A stretch of DNA of 64,000 nt from Octopus sinensis (lineage: Eukaryota). Both the position numbers and the translations under genes were made by a program. Position 1 is the first letter of the stretch. Each line of letters opens with the position of its first letter. Positions 39,266 through 53,860 of this stretch are shown piece by piece. The notes under the pieces were generated by a model. The model saw only the letters and a program-made list of their open reading frames with translations. It was not told the origin of the DNA and made no database searches. The stretch spans positions 140,678,001 to 140,742,000 of the forward strand of contig NC_042998.1 of the NCBI RefSeq assembly GCF_006345805.1, in the 5' to 3' direction.

Positions 39266-39970
39266 TAGAGAGAAGAGAGAGAGGAGAGAGAGAGGAGAGA
39301 GAGGAGAGAGATGCACGTGTGCGGGAGAGCCGGAGCGATAGAGACATACAGACAGATAGATAGATATAGATAGGTGTTAAATTCATTTTATTCTGGTGGT
39401 GTTTTGTCTCTCTCATCGCACCCCACCGCATAATTAGTGTTCCGTTTATCTAAGAACAAAGTAAATGAGAGAGAGAGAGAGAGAGAGAGATAATATATTC
39501 TCCCTCACTTTCTCTCTCTCTCATTTCATCCCTTTTCTCGTCACGTCACTTTATAATTGGGCTTTTATTTATTTAACGGATGAGAAAGAGGAGGAGGGTG
39601 GGAGAGCGAATCCATCCATCCACCATCACCACCACCACCACCACACACACAATTCCCCTCGAAACATTGCAGCTGAACAACAACAAAAACAGCCCGGCGT
39701 CTTCTATTGTCTTTCAGTACATAATATAAACTTCACAGCCTTTTCCGCCTTTTGAAGTTGCACTGTATACTGCACAAAGAGGAGAGAGGAGGAGGAGGCG
39801 GGGGAAGACCGGGATGGGAAAGGAAAACAAAAACAAAAAAAAAAATTACAAAATCAACAAAACAAACCTCAACTTTTACAGACTGGTAAGCTTTTTGTGA
39901 GCATGCTTCAAGTCATTTGCAGAAATGCACTCGTATAATATATCTAGCAGTATTTCTATCACCGCGTCCA

Positions 39971-40009
<39 letters not shown>

Positions 40010-40238
40010 GTATCATTTAGTCCAACTATATAATACACACACTAGAGCTACCAGTATCTAATAAATTTCTCCAGATATCACAGATGATATGCATCAGTAT
40101 CTATAAGTCTGGTCCAGGTATCGCACACGCACACACTCACGCGGAGCTAATGTAGTGGTATTGGGCACGCTCTTTGCCTAACCCTTAAAATGAAGATAAA
40201 ATTTATCAAAACCATGAACAGGAGTGAGTGAGTGAGAG

Positions 40239-40291
<53 letters not shown>

Positions 40292-41412
40292 CCTCCTCAA
40301 ACAGGAAACTTACGATTGGTGATCCAACATTGAAACCAATGAATCATTACAATACTATCTATAAAGGCAATAATAATATATGGTTGTGGTTGGACCGGAA
40401 GGCAAGAGGCAAAAGCAAGCGGATATGAGGTAGATAGATAGATAGATAGAGAGAGAGAGAAGGGGATAGGTGAGGAGGTATCACCGCTAATTGCAAAATA
40501 GCAAGATAAGGAGGATGAAAACAAGATGCGCTTAACAGCCCTCTCCATATCCCCGAAAAGGTTTTGCCGAGAGGCCTCCGCGCCTTCTGTTCTTTCCTCT
40601 TGCACGCTTACTTTTTGGGGGGACAGTTAAGCATAACATCCTCTTTTTTTTATAGTGCAAACTCAGTTTTCTTCAGTCTGTTTTATGATTTAGTAATTCT
40701 CTAACATTGGTTTCCTTATTTCTTCACGAGATAGAAGACTGGCGCAGGCAGTGAGTACGAAACAAGTACTCTGTCACCAATAATTCAAAAGGAACGCGCG
40801 CACGCGCACATATTAGTGTTTTTCAAGCTAGAAAACAAACATTAAACCAAAAAGGATTACTCAATACTTCTTACTAGAGAACATATTCATTCATTTAAAC
40901 CTTTACAATAAGAAATAGTTGACAGTAACTTCGAAGTTTTGGCTTGCTCGCTTTCGTCTGCGTACGTGTGAGATCAATCTAGCTTTAGGAAAGAAAGTAG
41001 TGAAAACGTGATGATATATATTGATATATGTATGGAGAGTAGAGACAACAAAGATATGAAAGATGAAATAAACTCTCTCTAAACACTATGGCCAGTCAGT
41101 GCCTTGTAAGTTATGTCATATAAGCTTCAACGCTTATTGTCCTTATGTTGGAACTTATTCTGTCTCTCAGTCTCTCTCTCTCTCAGTGCTTCATTTCCAC
41201 TGATTGTGTGATCTTTTTGTCGTAATGCATTTGACATTTGCTTCATGCCAACCACCGGCTACTTAACAGACGAGATCAAAATACTCAGGTTGGTTTTGTT
41301 TGATAGTAACAATGGGAGAGAGAAAGAGAGAATTATATATATATATATAATACACACACACGCGAAAGTGAGAGAGAAATTATTACACACTTATGAAAGA
41401 GTATTATACACT

Positions 41413-41456
<44 letters not shown>

Positions 41457-41529
41457 AGAAAGATAGGGGGGAGGATGGCAGCATCCATATTGCAGCAATG
41501 GAAGTATAGACAAACCAAACGAACTATTG

Positions 41530-41644
<115 letters not shown>

Positions 41645-41654
41645 TGTGTGTGTG

Positions 41655-41687
<33 letters not shown>

Positions 41688-44479
41688 TATGGGCCTGAAA
41701 GAGGAGAACATCATCCTGAGATCTGAAAGGGCCCTTATATAAATAAACATCACTCAAAAAGCGAATAATGCGTTGGCAGAATTGAGCCATCCGCCATCCC
41801 GCACCACTTCCCTCTCCACTTGAAAGTGTATTGTGGCAGTTTGTATGTGTATGGAGAAGGGGGTGGTTCCTAAAAAGCCAGGACGATTGTAAAAGGATTT
41901 GTACGGAACCATCAAACAGTGCAAGATAATAAATGTACCAAATGCTTTTTTTTTATGGTAGTAAAAAGAGTTCCACAAAAACTGAGCGATAACGAAACAT
42001 TTTACTATAAAGATTTCTTTCTGTACCTTTAAATGAAAGAGAGCTTCAAGGTATTATTATTATTGTTGAATAACGATTTTTATCATAAGCACACGGCTAC
42101 AATTGTTTTTTTTAGTGTATATGTACATACTGTATATGTGAGAAGGACAGTACAGTTAACTTAATAGTCTTTCCAATATTTGATTGGTATTTATTTGAAT
42201 GACTGACGGGAAGCTAAGAGCCAAAACTGACCTCAGTGGCATTTGAAACGGTAGAGACATAACTAAGAATTGAAAGTTCTGTCTGTCTGCCTCTCCACCA
42301 ACACCCTGAATGAAGTTGAAGGAAACGGTGAAACACACGAGCAAAAGCTTACAGTATTTAAAATTCGAATTCTACACTAGAAACGGTTCTATTGTAAAAT
42401 CTTAACGCATGTGTATTGTCGAAAAGCTAGAAGTTTAAGCTTTTCGTTCGGGAAAAATTCTTTATCGACCTTATTGTGTTAAAGGACAATATATTTCAGA
42501 GATAGGCGATACTAAATAGCCACGGAAGCGACCACGAGAGCGACAGATTCGGATTTCGGCGTTGTTGCGACTTGTCAATGCAACACACTCGTGTCTTTTC
42601 CAAAACGTGATCGCATGTGCCAAAGATAGTGTACAAACAACACACTGGTTTGCAATGGTATTGCATAATATAAATCGAGCTATGCAATAGAAGCTTCATC
42701 GTATTTTTCTTCCTACCTCTGATTTAAAATCCCATTAAGATTAGTTAAGTTCCCCTTATTCCATGTGGAGAATAAATAGCTTTAGGTTTGATTTATCTAA
42801 TTCCTCATCTCACTATTCACGTACCTATTTCAGAAAATGGCTTTGCACCTTGTCAAAATAAATTATTAATTGCTGATCGATTTGGATTCAATATAAGAAC
42901 AACATATTCTAAAATTATCAGAGTGTGTACAAGCTACTCCACCTGTCTTTCACATGCATTTACATATCCAGAGTTGAGAAGACGTAGTCTTGCTATGGTA
43001 AGATAACCTCTATCGCGTTGGTTTCACAAAAAGTTCACTAGGTACTCTGTAAAGTAGTTGGCATCAAACGTAGAAACCATATTAAAAACTGAAACAGAAC
43101 AGGTCACGGACCCTATCGAACTGTTCGACCTATGCCTACATGGATTCTAATTTTATTTTCAACTGTGTTTTACATTAAGGACCAACCCATTAATTAATCG
43201 TAATATTTTGTAAACATTTTGAGCCTTTCGCAAGAAACGCGAACACCAAAGAAAGCAGCCAATGGCAACCAAATATTAAAACAACCATCATCCACACTAG
43301 AAACTACCATCATGAACGCAGTCTCTTGAGCTATCGAAAGAACATTTATGCAGTCGCTCGAACTACTAAAATTAGCAACCAAATTTACATCAAAAATATA
43401 TATCATACTGTCTTAAAGGGCACATTGGGTTAATGTTGTACTCGATACAGAAAGGCTAAACCAAAAAGAAATGATGTGATCACAGCTGGAGTATCTTTGC
43501 TTATGTATGTTTGTCCGATAAGGGCTGACTTGAAGCTGAAGGTCAACATATACACTTACTGCCTCCAATATATTTACTCCACCCCGCACACAAAATCTAG
43601 GAAATTCGATAACTTTGGTTGATTAGCTTCCATTTCAGAGATCTGAGCTTTATATCCCAAAGAGAAAAAGCCAGACAAAAACCTTTCAGCTCCATTGCTT
43701 CAATCCGTGAAGATTCCATTTTAAGCACAACAAACCCACAATACCGCACAAGTAAACATTATGAACTAACTTAGTTCCTGAAAATAGTTAGATCCATATT
43801 ACACCCATCCAAGAAAAAAAAAAAAAAAGTCTTCTAAAAAGTGAGATCACACGTTAGGCCTTTACTAATAACGATGCCTCTGTCATACAATCACATATTT
43901 TGAGGGTAGACTTGTAGCTGATGAGTTCACTTGAACGGTATACTTATTTTATCAGGGCTTCGTAAACAAATGATCAAGTTTCACTTTATGGGGTTTGAAC
44001 TCAGAAAACAAAGGGATGTAACTAAATAAGACTGAGAAAGTGGAGAGAAAGAGGTAGCTTTCTTATCTCAAACAACAACACTGGCTCCTTTTTCTTTTTA
44101 ATATTTACTTATTAGAATCATTGGGACTGCGACCATGCTGCAGCACTGCATTGAAGGGTTTAACCAAATCAACCCCAGTATTTTTTTTGCCGAACTGTTA
44201 GAAAACAGAGACATAAAGAAATCAATATCTATCTGCGTATACACAACGGGTTTCTACACAGTTTCCATTTAACCAAAATCACTCACAGGGCATCGATCGG
44301 TCCGAGGCTATAGAAGACACTTGCCCAAGTTGGTTGCAAAATCAAGCATCTTACCAGCACAACCATAATAGCAATTTCTTATAGACATGGTCAGTCATCA
44401 ATCTTGAATGAAGAAGGGAAAGTCGGAAGAACCAACTAGTATATTAATGGCACATATTATATCGACCCTGAAAGGATGA

Positions 44480-44516
<37 letters not shown>

Positions 44517-44956
44517 GTAGAAATTCTAGTTATTACGAAGATTTCTACCAATTTCTATCGCCCTAAGTTATCTGCTCCGAATAGGTACGAATCTAATTGT
44601 TAAAAGTTAATTAAAACTATGACAATTTATATAAATATCAGAAGAGCTAAAGAGTTATGCCGCAAGAAAGAGTAAGATCCAATGACCAAAGAGTAGATGG
44701 ATGGGTGGTTTGCCCTGCTCGATCAAGTTAATAATTAATACACGAAGACACAAACCAATTTTTGAGCGATACAGCCAGTCTCAAAGCATTGGTAGGTATT
44801 CCATACACGGCGGTATTAAAACGGTTGATGTAATAAACACATAAGAACATCCGGGAAGGATGTTTGAATGTGCATTATGGAATTTGGCTATGAGCAAGAT
44901 CTGTGAGTGGTTAGAAATTAGCAAACTAAAGAAGAAAACTTGAAGTCTTGAAATGC

Positions 44957-45028
<72 letters not shown>

Positions 45029-46214
45029 AAGAGAGTCAACAAGTATATTGCCCGGAGAAAAAGCAAGATCTTTCTCTCTCTCTCTCTCTCGAAAATGAGT
45101 TGACCTGCGAAAAATGAAATTAAAGGTTGTGTGAAATGAAAGGAGAGAACAAACTGAAGAAAGCCCACTAGCTCCCAATTTCTTTCATTCGTAATAGAAG
45201 CAGAGAACAAAGTAAATTAGCAAATACGCTAACACGGGACTCATATTTGGTGAGGGGGGAGAAGGAGGAGGAAAGTGTGAAGAGAAACAATGAGAGGGGG
45301 TTATAAAGAGAAAGGGAAAAAGAGTGGGGGAGGGAGTAAACGCAATGCCAATTAAAAGCCAAACAGAGAGAGAGGGAGAAATGATGCTAGTTCCCCGTTT
45401 TCAAAGTAGTTGAGCTGTATCTTCCTGGCCAGACTCTTCATCAAACAACCTAAAACCAGAAGTGAGCAGACTATCCTTTGATCTACCATCAAATTTCACA
45501 ACTGAGAAAAATGGGAGAGAACTCGTGTGTGTGTGTGGAGGGGAAAGCGGCGGGGTGCGGCAATCTGAAAGAAAGAGGACATTTGCTAGCTAGTGATAAT
45601 AGTTGAAAGTCATGCTTATAGCAGTGGTAAGGAGTGGAGTTAGGGTAATACGGAGCGGGACGGAGTCGGGGATATGGTAGGGTGGGAGAGAGAGAGAGAG
45701 AGACGGCAGAGGAGGAGAGCCGGGACGGTGGAACGAGGAACGCGGTGGGAAAGAGAGAGAGAGAGACAGAAAGACGAAAGAGGATCTCTCTATCTCTCTC
45801 CCCTTCCCAAAACTGAAATGCCAACAACTCTTCTGTTGCTGTTTGATCAGATCTCAAAAACAAGTCAAAGAAGAGAAACTAGCTTTGATATCGGATACTA
45901 ATAATTACCTCTTACTCAGCTACTATTAATCAGCAGACAGATGGTTGTGTGTGAGAGTGAGAGAGACGGGGAGAGGAGGGGCGAGTAGTAGTAGTAGCAG
46001 CAGCAGCAGTGGGAGAGAAAAAGAGAGAGAAGGAGGGAGACTGAGAAGAACTTGATAGAAATAGCCAAAATAGAGACATACGAGCAGTTCCCCCTTGAAG
46101 TGACTGTTAATGTTTTTATTACACAAGCCTACACACACAAACAAACACACATAAATCAGTGAAGAATACAAAATACAGAATAATAATATAATAATAATAA
46201 TAATAATCCTTTCT

Positions 46215-46530
46215 CTTGGCAGAAGGTCTGGAATTTGTGTGGAGGGGAATTAGTCATTTACATCGACCCCAGTACTTGACTGGTACTTTATCAACACCGA
46301 AAGGATGAAAGGCAATGTTGACATTGGTAGAACTAACTTTGGCACAAGGCCTGCAGTTTCGAGCTGAAGGCAAGTCGATTACTAGATAAGTACTTTATTT
46401 TATCGACCTCGAAAGGACGAAAGACAAAGGTGACCTCGGCGAGATTTGCATTCAAATTGTAAAAAGTTGAAAACAAAGACTGCAAAATATTTGTTACGCT
46501 CTAACGATTTTGTCAGCTCGCCGCCATAAC
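46215..46530 (-). mobile_element. Two stacked SINE family B fragments
   Basis: ACTGGTACTTTATC...GAAAGGATGAAAGGCAATGTTGAC and TATCGACCTCGAAAGGACGAAAGACAAAGGTGACCTCGGCG...GTCAGCTCGCCGCC. Confidence 0.7.
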
Positions 46531-47624
46531 AACAATAAGAGGCAGAAAAATAAAATTTAAAGAAACAAAAATAGCTGAAAACCGTAATTAAAAATAATGC
46601 AAGAGGAAAATATACGGTGGGAGGAGGAAAGGAAAAATAAGTTAAAAGAAAGAAAATCCCTAGACTAAATTCTAAAAGAGATAAAAATAAAGGAGAAACG
46701 GGAGCACTATGCAGGCAAATACACGTTCAATTTATAGAAGAAAAAAGCCAGTGATGAAAAGATATGCTGCAAGATTTGATAAACCTCATCAAATAAGAGG
46801 TACAAGATTCCGAGATTCTGTTAAGTATTTATGTATAAACTATTTGACAATTCTCTGAAAATAGAAAAATACGACGAACAGCTTTGATCGATTTTCGCAC
46901 CTCATCAGAGGGGTCTTCGTCACTTGACCAACCCCAGAGAAATAAACAGCCAATCTGTTTATATACACAACAAAACCAGTATCTAAAGAATGGAGTTTAC
47001 TGTCTGTTTTCGTCATTTTCCTGTACGTTCGTTAGCTATTCCCAGTGGCTTTTCGACACGGGCGTCACCGAAAGTGAACAATATCGGCGTTAAAGACGCG
47101 AAACTGCAATGATCTTTTGGACGTTGGCTGATGAGGAATTAGCTACTACGAAATTCCTGTTTGCTAGGTTTTTGTAAAATTTTTTGTTTGTTGTATCGTT
47201 AAATTTTTGAACTAAATATAGTGGTCTTCCATGTAAGTAGATGCTTTCGTTAACTCTTTTAGGTACCTATGTAGTCGCGACCCACTCGGCCTTCCTATCT
47301 TTGACCTAGTGGAATGTGCAGAGATGGGTGGAGAGAGAGAGAGATTATCTGAACTCAGAACGTAAAATGATACGAACACCACAAGACATTTTGTGAACAA
47401 CTCTACCGAGTCTTCCAATAGTAACATCAAATTAGTTATCAATCAAGAAAAATAATTCCACCATGAACTACTAAAGGTACAAAGAACCAATGTGCTTATC
47501 GATATTTGATACTCGGGTGTTAAGTGGGAACAATACAGCTCGTATCTAAATGTTATTTACTTGCAACAATTCCAGAACGGTTCCTCGTTTACAGTTAAGT
47601 AAATAGAGACATTGGATTGCTTAC

Positions 47625-47750
47625 AGCAGCCGTGGTTATTGGTTTAAGCAATCCATTTCGAGAAAACATGGTCCTGAGTTCGATTCCCCTGCGCGGCACA
47701 TTGGGCAAGTATCTTCTAGCACAGCGCCTGCCAGACCAATAAACTTGCCA

Positions 47751-47804
<54 letters not shown>

Positions 47805-48085
47805 CGCGCACACGCCTTTAACAATAATAATATTCATAAAATTCAAAACGTCCCTGAAGAAATGACTTATGTGACCACAACCATTTATTCTGGCAGAATC
47901 GTTAGCACGCAGGGTGAAATGCTTAGCGCCATTTCGTCCGTCTGAGTTCAAATTCCACCGAGGCCGACTATGCCTTTCATCTTTTCGGGCTCGATAAAAT
48001 AAGTACCAGTTGAGCACTGGGATCGATGTAATCAACTTCTCTCTCCCCACAAATTTCAGGCCATGGGCCTATAGTAGAAAGGATT
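47625..48085 (+). mobile_element. SINE A head, (TA)n and a SINE B copy
   Basis: GAGTTCGATTCCC...TTGGGCAAGTATCTT, then CTGGCAGAATCGTTAGCAC...GAGTTCAAATTCCACCGAGG. Confidence 0.7.
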
Positions 48086-48363
48086 ATTATTATTATAACT
48101 ATAACAATGGTTATTAATTATTAATCATGTTATATAACAAAGATAATCGTATCATATAATTTGCTGCTAATAATAATTAGGTGATTGTTGAACATTCATC
48201 ATACTCATCGATCGAAATGGCTGTAAAAGCAAAATAAAGTTGTGGAATATGATGGGATATTGCGCCTTTTTAATTTCTTAAAGTTCCTAAACCTAACGTT
48301 TGAAAGATCTTTTCAAGTTGAAAATGCCTCAAGTATTACAGGGGAGGGGGACAATTTGTTCTT

Positions 48364-48840
48364 CATCTATTATATAAAATCCGTTCTGTCTGTGTGTCTT
48401 CTAGGATCTCGGGCATCCTCCATCCCATTGCACTCAAATTTGATATGTTGATACCGACGGTATCAAGGCGTGTATAAGTCTTTAAAAAAATTACAAAAAT
48501 AGAATTCCAGGTGAGAATGCGATCGATAAAGCCGTGGGAACGTGCAATTGTACGCGCAAGTACATCAGCTGTTGCGATCGATACTACGCGTACGCGAGAA
48601 AAATGTACGTGCAGTTTGCGCAAAAAAAAAAAAGCCGGCTGGTTTGAAATAACGCCACAAAATGGGACGGTCGGACAAGTTTTGAGAAAATTTGGTTTAA
48701 ATGTTTGCCTTCTCAGTACCGTCCATTGGACGGAGGGGGGACGTTTTGCTCGTTATAACATATTTAGAAGAGCAATTATGTGCTTGTCGAATGTCCATTG
48801 AAGCAAAAACCGAAAAATCGGCGGGGTTTAAATCGTTCTG
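48364..48840. mobile_element. Probable Helentron-type (HINE-like) non-autonomous element
   Basis: Starts ATCTATTATATATAAAATCCGTTCTGTCTGTGTGTC, the same terminal architecture as 3428 and (inverted) 11385; CpG-rich interior; the other end is unclear. Confidence 0.4.
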
Positions 48841-51780
48841 CACTGAATTACAGATATTCTATTGATATTCTCACTGTCACAACAACAGTTTTTGACCAGT
48901 TTATTGAAAGCCTGTAACAAATGTTGCATAAATCACCTCGCGGAATTAGCTGTTAAAATACTGCCTGAAACTCGGCAAATACTTGTATTGGCGCTTACCC
49001 TTAAGAATGGATAGCATTCGACTTCCCACATAAAAACGATCGAATTTACACCTAGTGTGAATAGAGATTTTGTGTCTAGGATAAAACCGAATTTTACACT
49101 GGAAATATATGGAAGTTATTTTGAGCTTTTAAGTACGAACAGTAAAATTTCCTTCTAATTGGGCACGAGGCCAGCAATTCTGAAAGGAAAGATTCCACTG
49201 ACCAGTGCTTAATAGATACTTTATTCTATCGATCTACGAAACTATGTAAGTCAAAAATGACTTCGGTGGGATTTGAACTCCGGATATAAAGAGCCGGAAC
49301 AAATAACGCTCAAAAATTTTGCCAGCTCACCGGAAGAGGCCTATTGCTGACTGAGCACCGGATTAAAATGGGGAGCTGATAACAGGAAAACTTAGGGGTT
49401 TCCCCTCGATTTGTAGAACTATTGTTGGTCATTGAGCCAACCATCTTATTTGTTCATATAAGAAATGAATATGCAAACTTTCTACTAACAAACGAAACAC
49501 TTCAGATTAAACGCCAAAATAGCCTTGCACATGCTGTTTTGTATATAAAAATTTGTTGTTAAAGGCTTTCGGCTTCAACAATTTAATACCTCCTCACATT
49601 GCTAGTTTAGCTCAGTTAATAAATGGTTTATGTTATACTAAGTCTAAGACTTACAACATGCTAGAAGCTTTATTCTACAACAAAGAGATAAGGCGACTAA
49701 TTGGCGAAGTCGTTGAAGTGTCCGATGGAACAGTTTGCAATATCTGTTCTGATATCCAGTGCTCCGAGTTCAAATCCCGCTAACGTCAACTATGCTTTTT
49801 AGTCCTTTCGGGGTCAATAAAACAGTGTAGTAGTTTAATATAACTGTAAAAATACCTTACGGTATTTCTCCGACTTTTTTTTTCTGTGGACATATTTTTT
49901 TTTCAGCATTCTTGGTTCAAATGCCACCACGGCTTATTTTACCCGTCGCATGGTTTAACGTTACCATCTGGCACCTTGAGTGCCTTTAGTGAAATCCTCT
50001 CGGTTTCAAGCACTCGGGTTGTGCTTCCTTTCTGAAAGCACCTCCCTCCCACTAATTTCAAAGATCCTGTGAAGGGTCGCGGACACTGCTTCCCTCCCGA
50101 CTAAAAGACAAAAGAAAACAACAACTGGAACAAACACATAATTAAGTTCCTACCATAAGTAACCTCACCAAATAAATGAGTTATTCAAATAAAAACATGA
50201 CAGAGCTTCACAAAAGCATAAATAATCCAAATTCTTAAAATTTCTCTTGCTCTCCTCTCCTTCCAACACCCCTTAATTATATGACCCTCCCCACACACAA
50301 AAAGTACTTTTCTTTTAGGAGTTTTATTGCACGTGGATACCAACCAAACCTGTTACCGTCACCACCTCTACCACCATTATCAACTTACCGAAAGCTATAA
50401 CGATTTTTGCTCCCTAACGTTGTAAGTTGTTTGCAACCGAAAAAAAAAAAAAAGGGGGTGGACCAGAAAAACTTACAATTATATACATCAAACAGGGCCC
50501 CCACAAATTTGTATATACCCTAACATATATATATATTTATTATTACACACGCCAATTCGAGGCCATCTCACCGCAACAACAAAAATCCTTATGCAATTAA
50601 TTGAGATGGAACAAAAAAAAATGCAGGTTTGGTGGGGCAGACAGCGTGCTGAAAACCAAGGGCCACGTAACGTTGTAGTACGGCAAAATATTTTAACGAT
50701 AAATTTGGCGGTGACGGCGGAAGTGGCGGTGATTGACTGCTCCTTTCCTTCCCATCTCCCCTCCCCCACACAAATATAAAACGCAATTACAGCGTTGAAG
50801 CCAGTCATTTTATAGTTTACTTACTGAAATAAAGTAGAAGCCGCACTTAGAAAGTATAATAGCAGAAAGCCGAAGCTGTTTAATAAAAGTCACATTTAAG
50901 ACTATCATTTAAAGCAGTTTCATTCCATTTTTAAATATTGTTAGTTATACATACATACACATATATAAACACACATTTCGACACTACACCGACACACACA
51001 GTTTCATTATATACAAGAGTTAATGTTTCACATTAGATAGTATGACGAATAAAGAAACGACGGAAGAAAGAACAAGTGAATAAATTAAGTCAAAACAAAA
51101 GAAAACAAAAAACAAGTTAACCAAAAAAAAAAAAATAATACAAAACGAAGTAAAAAAACATGAAGTAGTAAATTTACAAGATCAAAGCCACATTCCTTAA
51201 ATAACCATGGTTGTTATTCCTTTTTCACTGTTTTAGATGTAATTTATCATAAAAAGAAAAAGCAAAGAAGTTGTGTTTTCTGCTTACACAAAGGACTTTT
51301 TTTTATATATTCATTTCTTTCTTACTTATTGGTGAGGATTATCAAATAAGACGGTAAGGGCTTGTAATCAAACCCATTCTACTCAAAGGGGAAAGGAAAA
51401 AAAGAAAACATGAGATAGAAAAGAAAAGAAGAGAGAGAGGACAAATGAGGGAGGCAATCAGTCTCTTGAGAGAGAGAGAGGAAATGATGAGAAACCGGAG
51501 TAGCCTACAAAGAGAAAAGTGCCACTGATTCTGAGCAAGATAAGAAATAAACAAAATGGTAAAAAAGATGAAATAAAATAGGAGGAAGGGAATCAGAAGA
51601 CACTGCTTGCATTAAAACCAAGCCACATTTTCAAAACGTTCTGTGGAGAGAAGAAAAACATGAAAGAAATAAGCGAAACTTTTTCTCTACCATTTCCACC
51701 CATTTTGGGGAGGGGAAAGAGAGAGGTCTTATTTACCATTTTATTAAATACTCGCACCACTGTTAATTATTATTATTATT

Positions 51781-52680
51781 GTCGAGCTGGCAGAATCCTT
51801 ACGCGCTGGACGAAATGCTTATCGGTATTTCGCCCTTCGCTCCGTTCCGAGTTCAAATTCCGCCGAGGTCGACTTTGCCTTTCATCCTTTCAGGGTCGAT
51901 GAAATAAGCACTAGATGGGGTCAATGGAATTGACTTATCCCTCCCCCAAAATTGCTGTCCTTGTGGCAAAATTTGAAGCCCATTATTATTGTTTTTTTTT
52001 AATTTTTTTTTTTTAAAGATTATTACAGCGACGAGGAGCTTGGGCAACGCCGCAGCGGAAGAAATGCATTGCGGATATTATTTCACCCGGCTTTTTACGT
52101 TCCGAGTTCAAAATACGGCCAAAGCCAACTAAGTCTTTCATTCATTTGTGGTCGAGAAAACCAAGTACCAGTCAAGTACTGGGGTCGATCTAATCGACTG
52201 TCCATTTCTCCCCATGTAATTGCTGTTCTTGTGACAAATTTGAAACGAAAGTAACGAGCTGACAGAATTGTTGGGGCGTCGAACAGAATATGCCATGTTG
52301 GATTTTTTTCTAATTCTTTTACGTTCTGAGTTCAAATGCCGTCGAGGTCGAATTTGCCTTTCATCCTTTGGGAGTTGATAAAATAAGTACCAGTTCAGGA
52401 CTGGGGTCGAGGTAATCGACTTACCCCTCCCCCAAAACTATTATTATTATAATAGCGGCGAACTGGCAGAATCGTTTGAACGCCGGACAAAATGCTTAGC
52501 GGCATTTCGTCCGTCTTTACGTTCTGAATTCAAAGTGCGCCGAGGTCGACTTTGCCATTCATGTTTTCAGGGTCGATTAAATAAGTGCCAGTTTAGCACT
52601 GGGGTCAATGGAAACGACTAGCTCCCTCTCCAAAATTTCAGTATTATTATTTATTGTCTCACTGTATTTAGAAGCCAAAT
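51781..52680 (+). mobile_element. Head-to-tail stack of four SINE family B copies
   Basis: Heads near 51781, 52030, 52253 and 52455, each with GAGTTCAAAT-like B box; (TTA)n or A/T-rich linkers between most. Confidence 0.85.
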
Positions 52681-53169
52681 TAGAAAGAATTAGAGAGAGG
52701 TAAGAGGGGAAAAACCTAGAAAAATAGTAAAAATAACCTCTTTCACACACACACCCACAACAGCGCGCGCGCACGAGAGGGTATGTGTGTGTGTGTGTGT
52801 GTTTCGTAATTGGCAAACTATAACCACCAGTGTTTCTCTCACAGGCACAAGGCCAGAAAGTTTATCGTTGAAATCCACCTAAGTACTTGACGGGCGTACA
52901 GTCAGTCATAACAACAACAACTTAGGGAAGATGAAAGAGAAATCTGAATTCGGTGGAATTTAAACGTGGGTGGATAGAACTAAACACACTGCGAGGCATT
53001 CAGTCTTTAAACTCGCCGCCAGTACAACAATCATATAATAATAATAATAATAATAATGATTTCATTTATTTGTCGCCAGGGAGAAGGATGAGGGCGGGGA
53101 ATAGAAAGACAGACAAAATGTGGGGGTTGACATGTAATGAAATGATTAAATAAATAACAAAAAGAAAAG

Positions 53170-53860
53170 TAAGGGAAATACACAAAAAGAATCCTTTCTA
53201 CAAAAGGCACAAGGCCTGAAATTTTTTGGGGAAGAACTTGTCGATTACATCGACACCTACCAACGCTCAACTGGTACTTAATTCGCCAACCCCGAAAGGG
53301 TGAAAGAGCTAAGACGACATCGGCGGCATTTGAACTCAGAACGTAAAGTCGGAGGAAATGCTGATAAGCAGTAGTAGTTTCTATTATATGCCTCAAGGAC
53401 ATATATGAGAGGGACATGACAAAAACAGACGGCAAGTTATGTAGAGTGGAAGGTGTGGGGGGGGGTCTACATAAAAAGTGAAAGGGGGTGGAGAAAGACG
53501 GTGAGAGTATACGTAGTATACAAAATATGTAAACACATGGACGAAGCAGTCCCGTGAATACAGGAAAACCTCCAATTAGAGCCAATCAAAGAACCCCACA
53601 GATCCAGGGTTACCTTGACCACCAAAGGTACGAGTCTTTGCCTAATTGTTGTTCTCCAATCTACAGGCGCAGGAGCAGCAGTTTCGAGGAAGGAGGGGAA
53701 GTCACTAACATCGACCCCAGTGCTAAACTAGAACGTATTTTATCGATCCCGAAAAGAGAGAAGGCAAAGTTGACACCGGCGTTATTTGAACTCCGGACGT
53801 TAAAAGAACCGAAAGGAATACTGGTAAGCATTTTCGTCCGACCTTCTAACGATTCTGCCA
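53170..53860 (-). mobile_element. Two SINE family B copies in opposite orientation to the 51781-52680 stack
   Basis: GGCACAAGGCCTGAAATTTT...GCATTTGAACTCAGAACGTAAAG (~53200-53360) and ATCGACCCCAG...TTTGAACTCCGGACG...GATTCTGCCA (~53700-53860). Confidence 0.8.

Noticed and set aside
40297-40605. 102-aa minus-strand ORF inside the large intron
   Set aside because: It runs through (GA)/(GATA) repeats and shows no homology I recognise; it is kept only as part of the internal-promoter hypothesis.
43911-43950. CTGATGA followed by a GTTC/GAAC hairpin
   Set aside because: The hairpin is followed by GGTA, not GAAA, and there is no stem I partner, so it is not a hammerhead.
46884-47160. Two CTGATGA...GAAA motifs (minus 46902-46908; plus 47128-47134)
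   Set aside because: Stem II is marginal, stem III is out of register, and no stem I complement follows the putative cleavage site.
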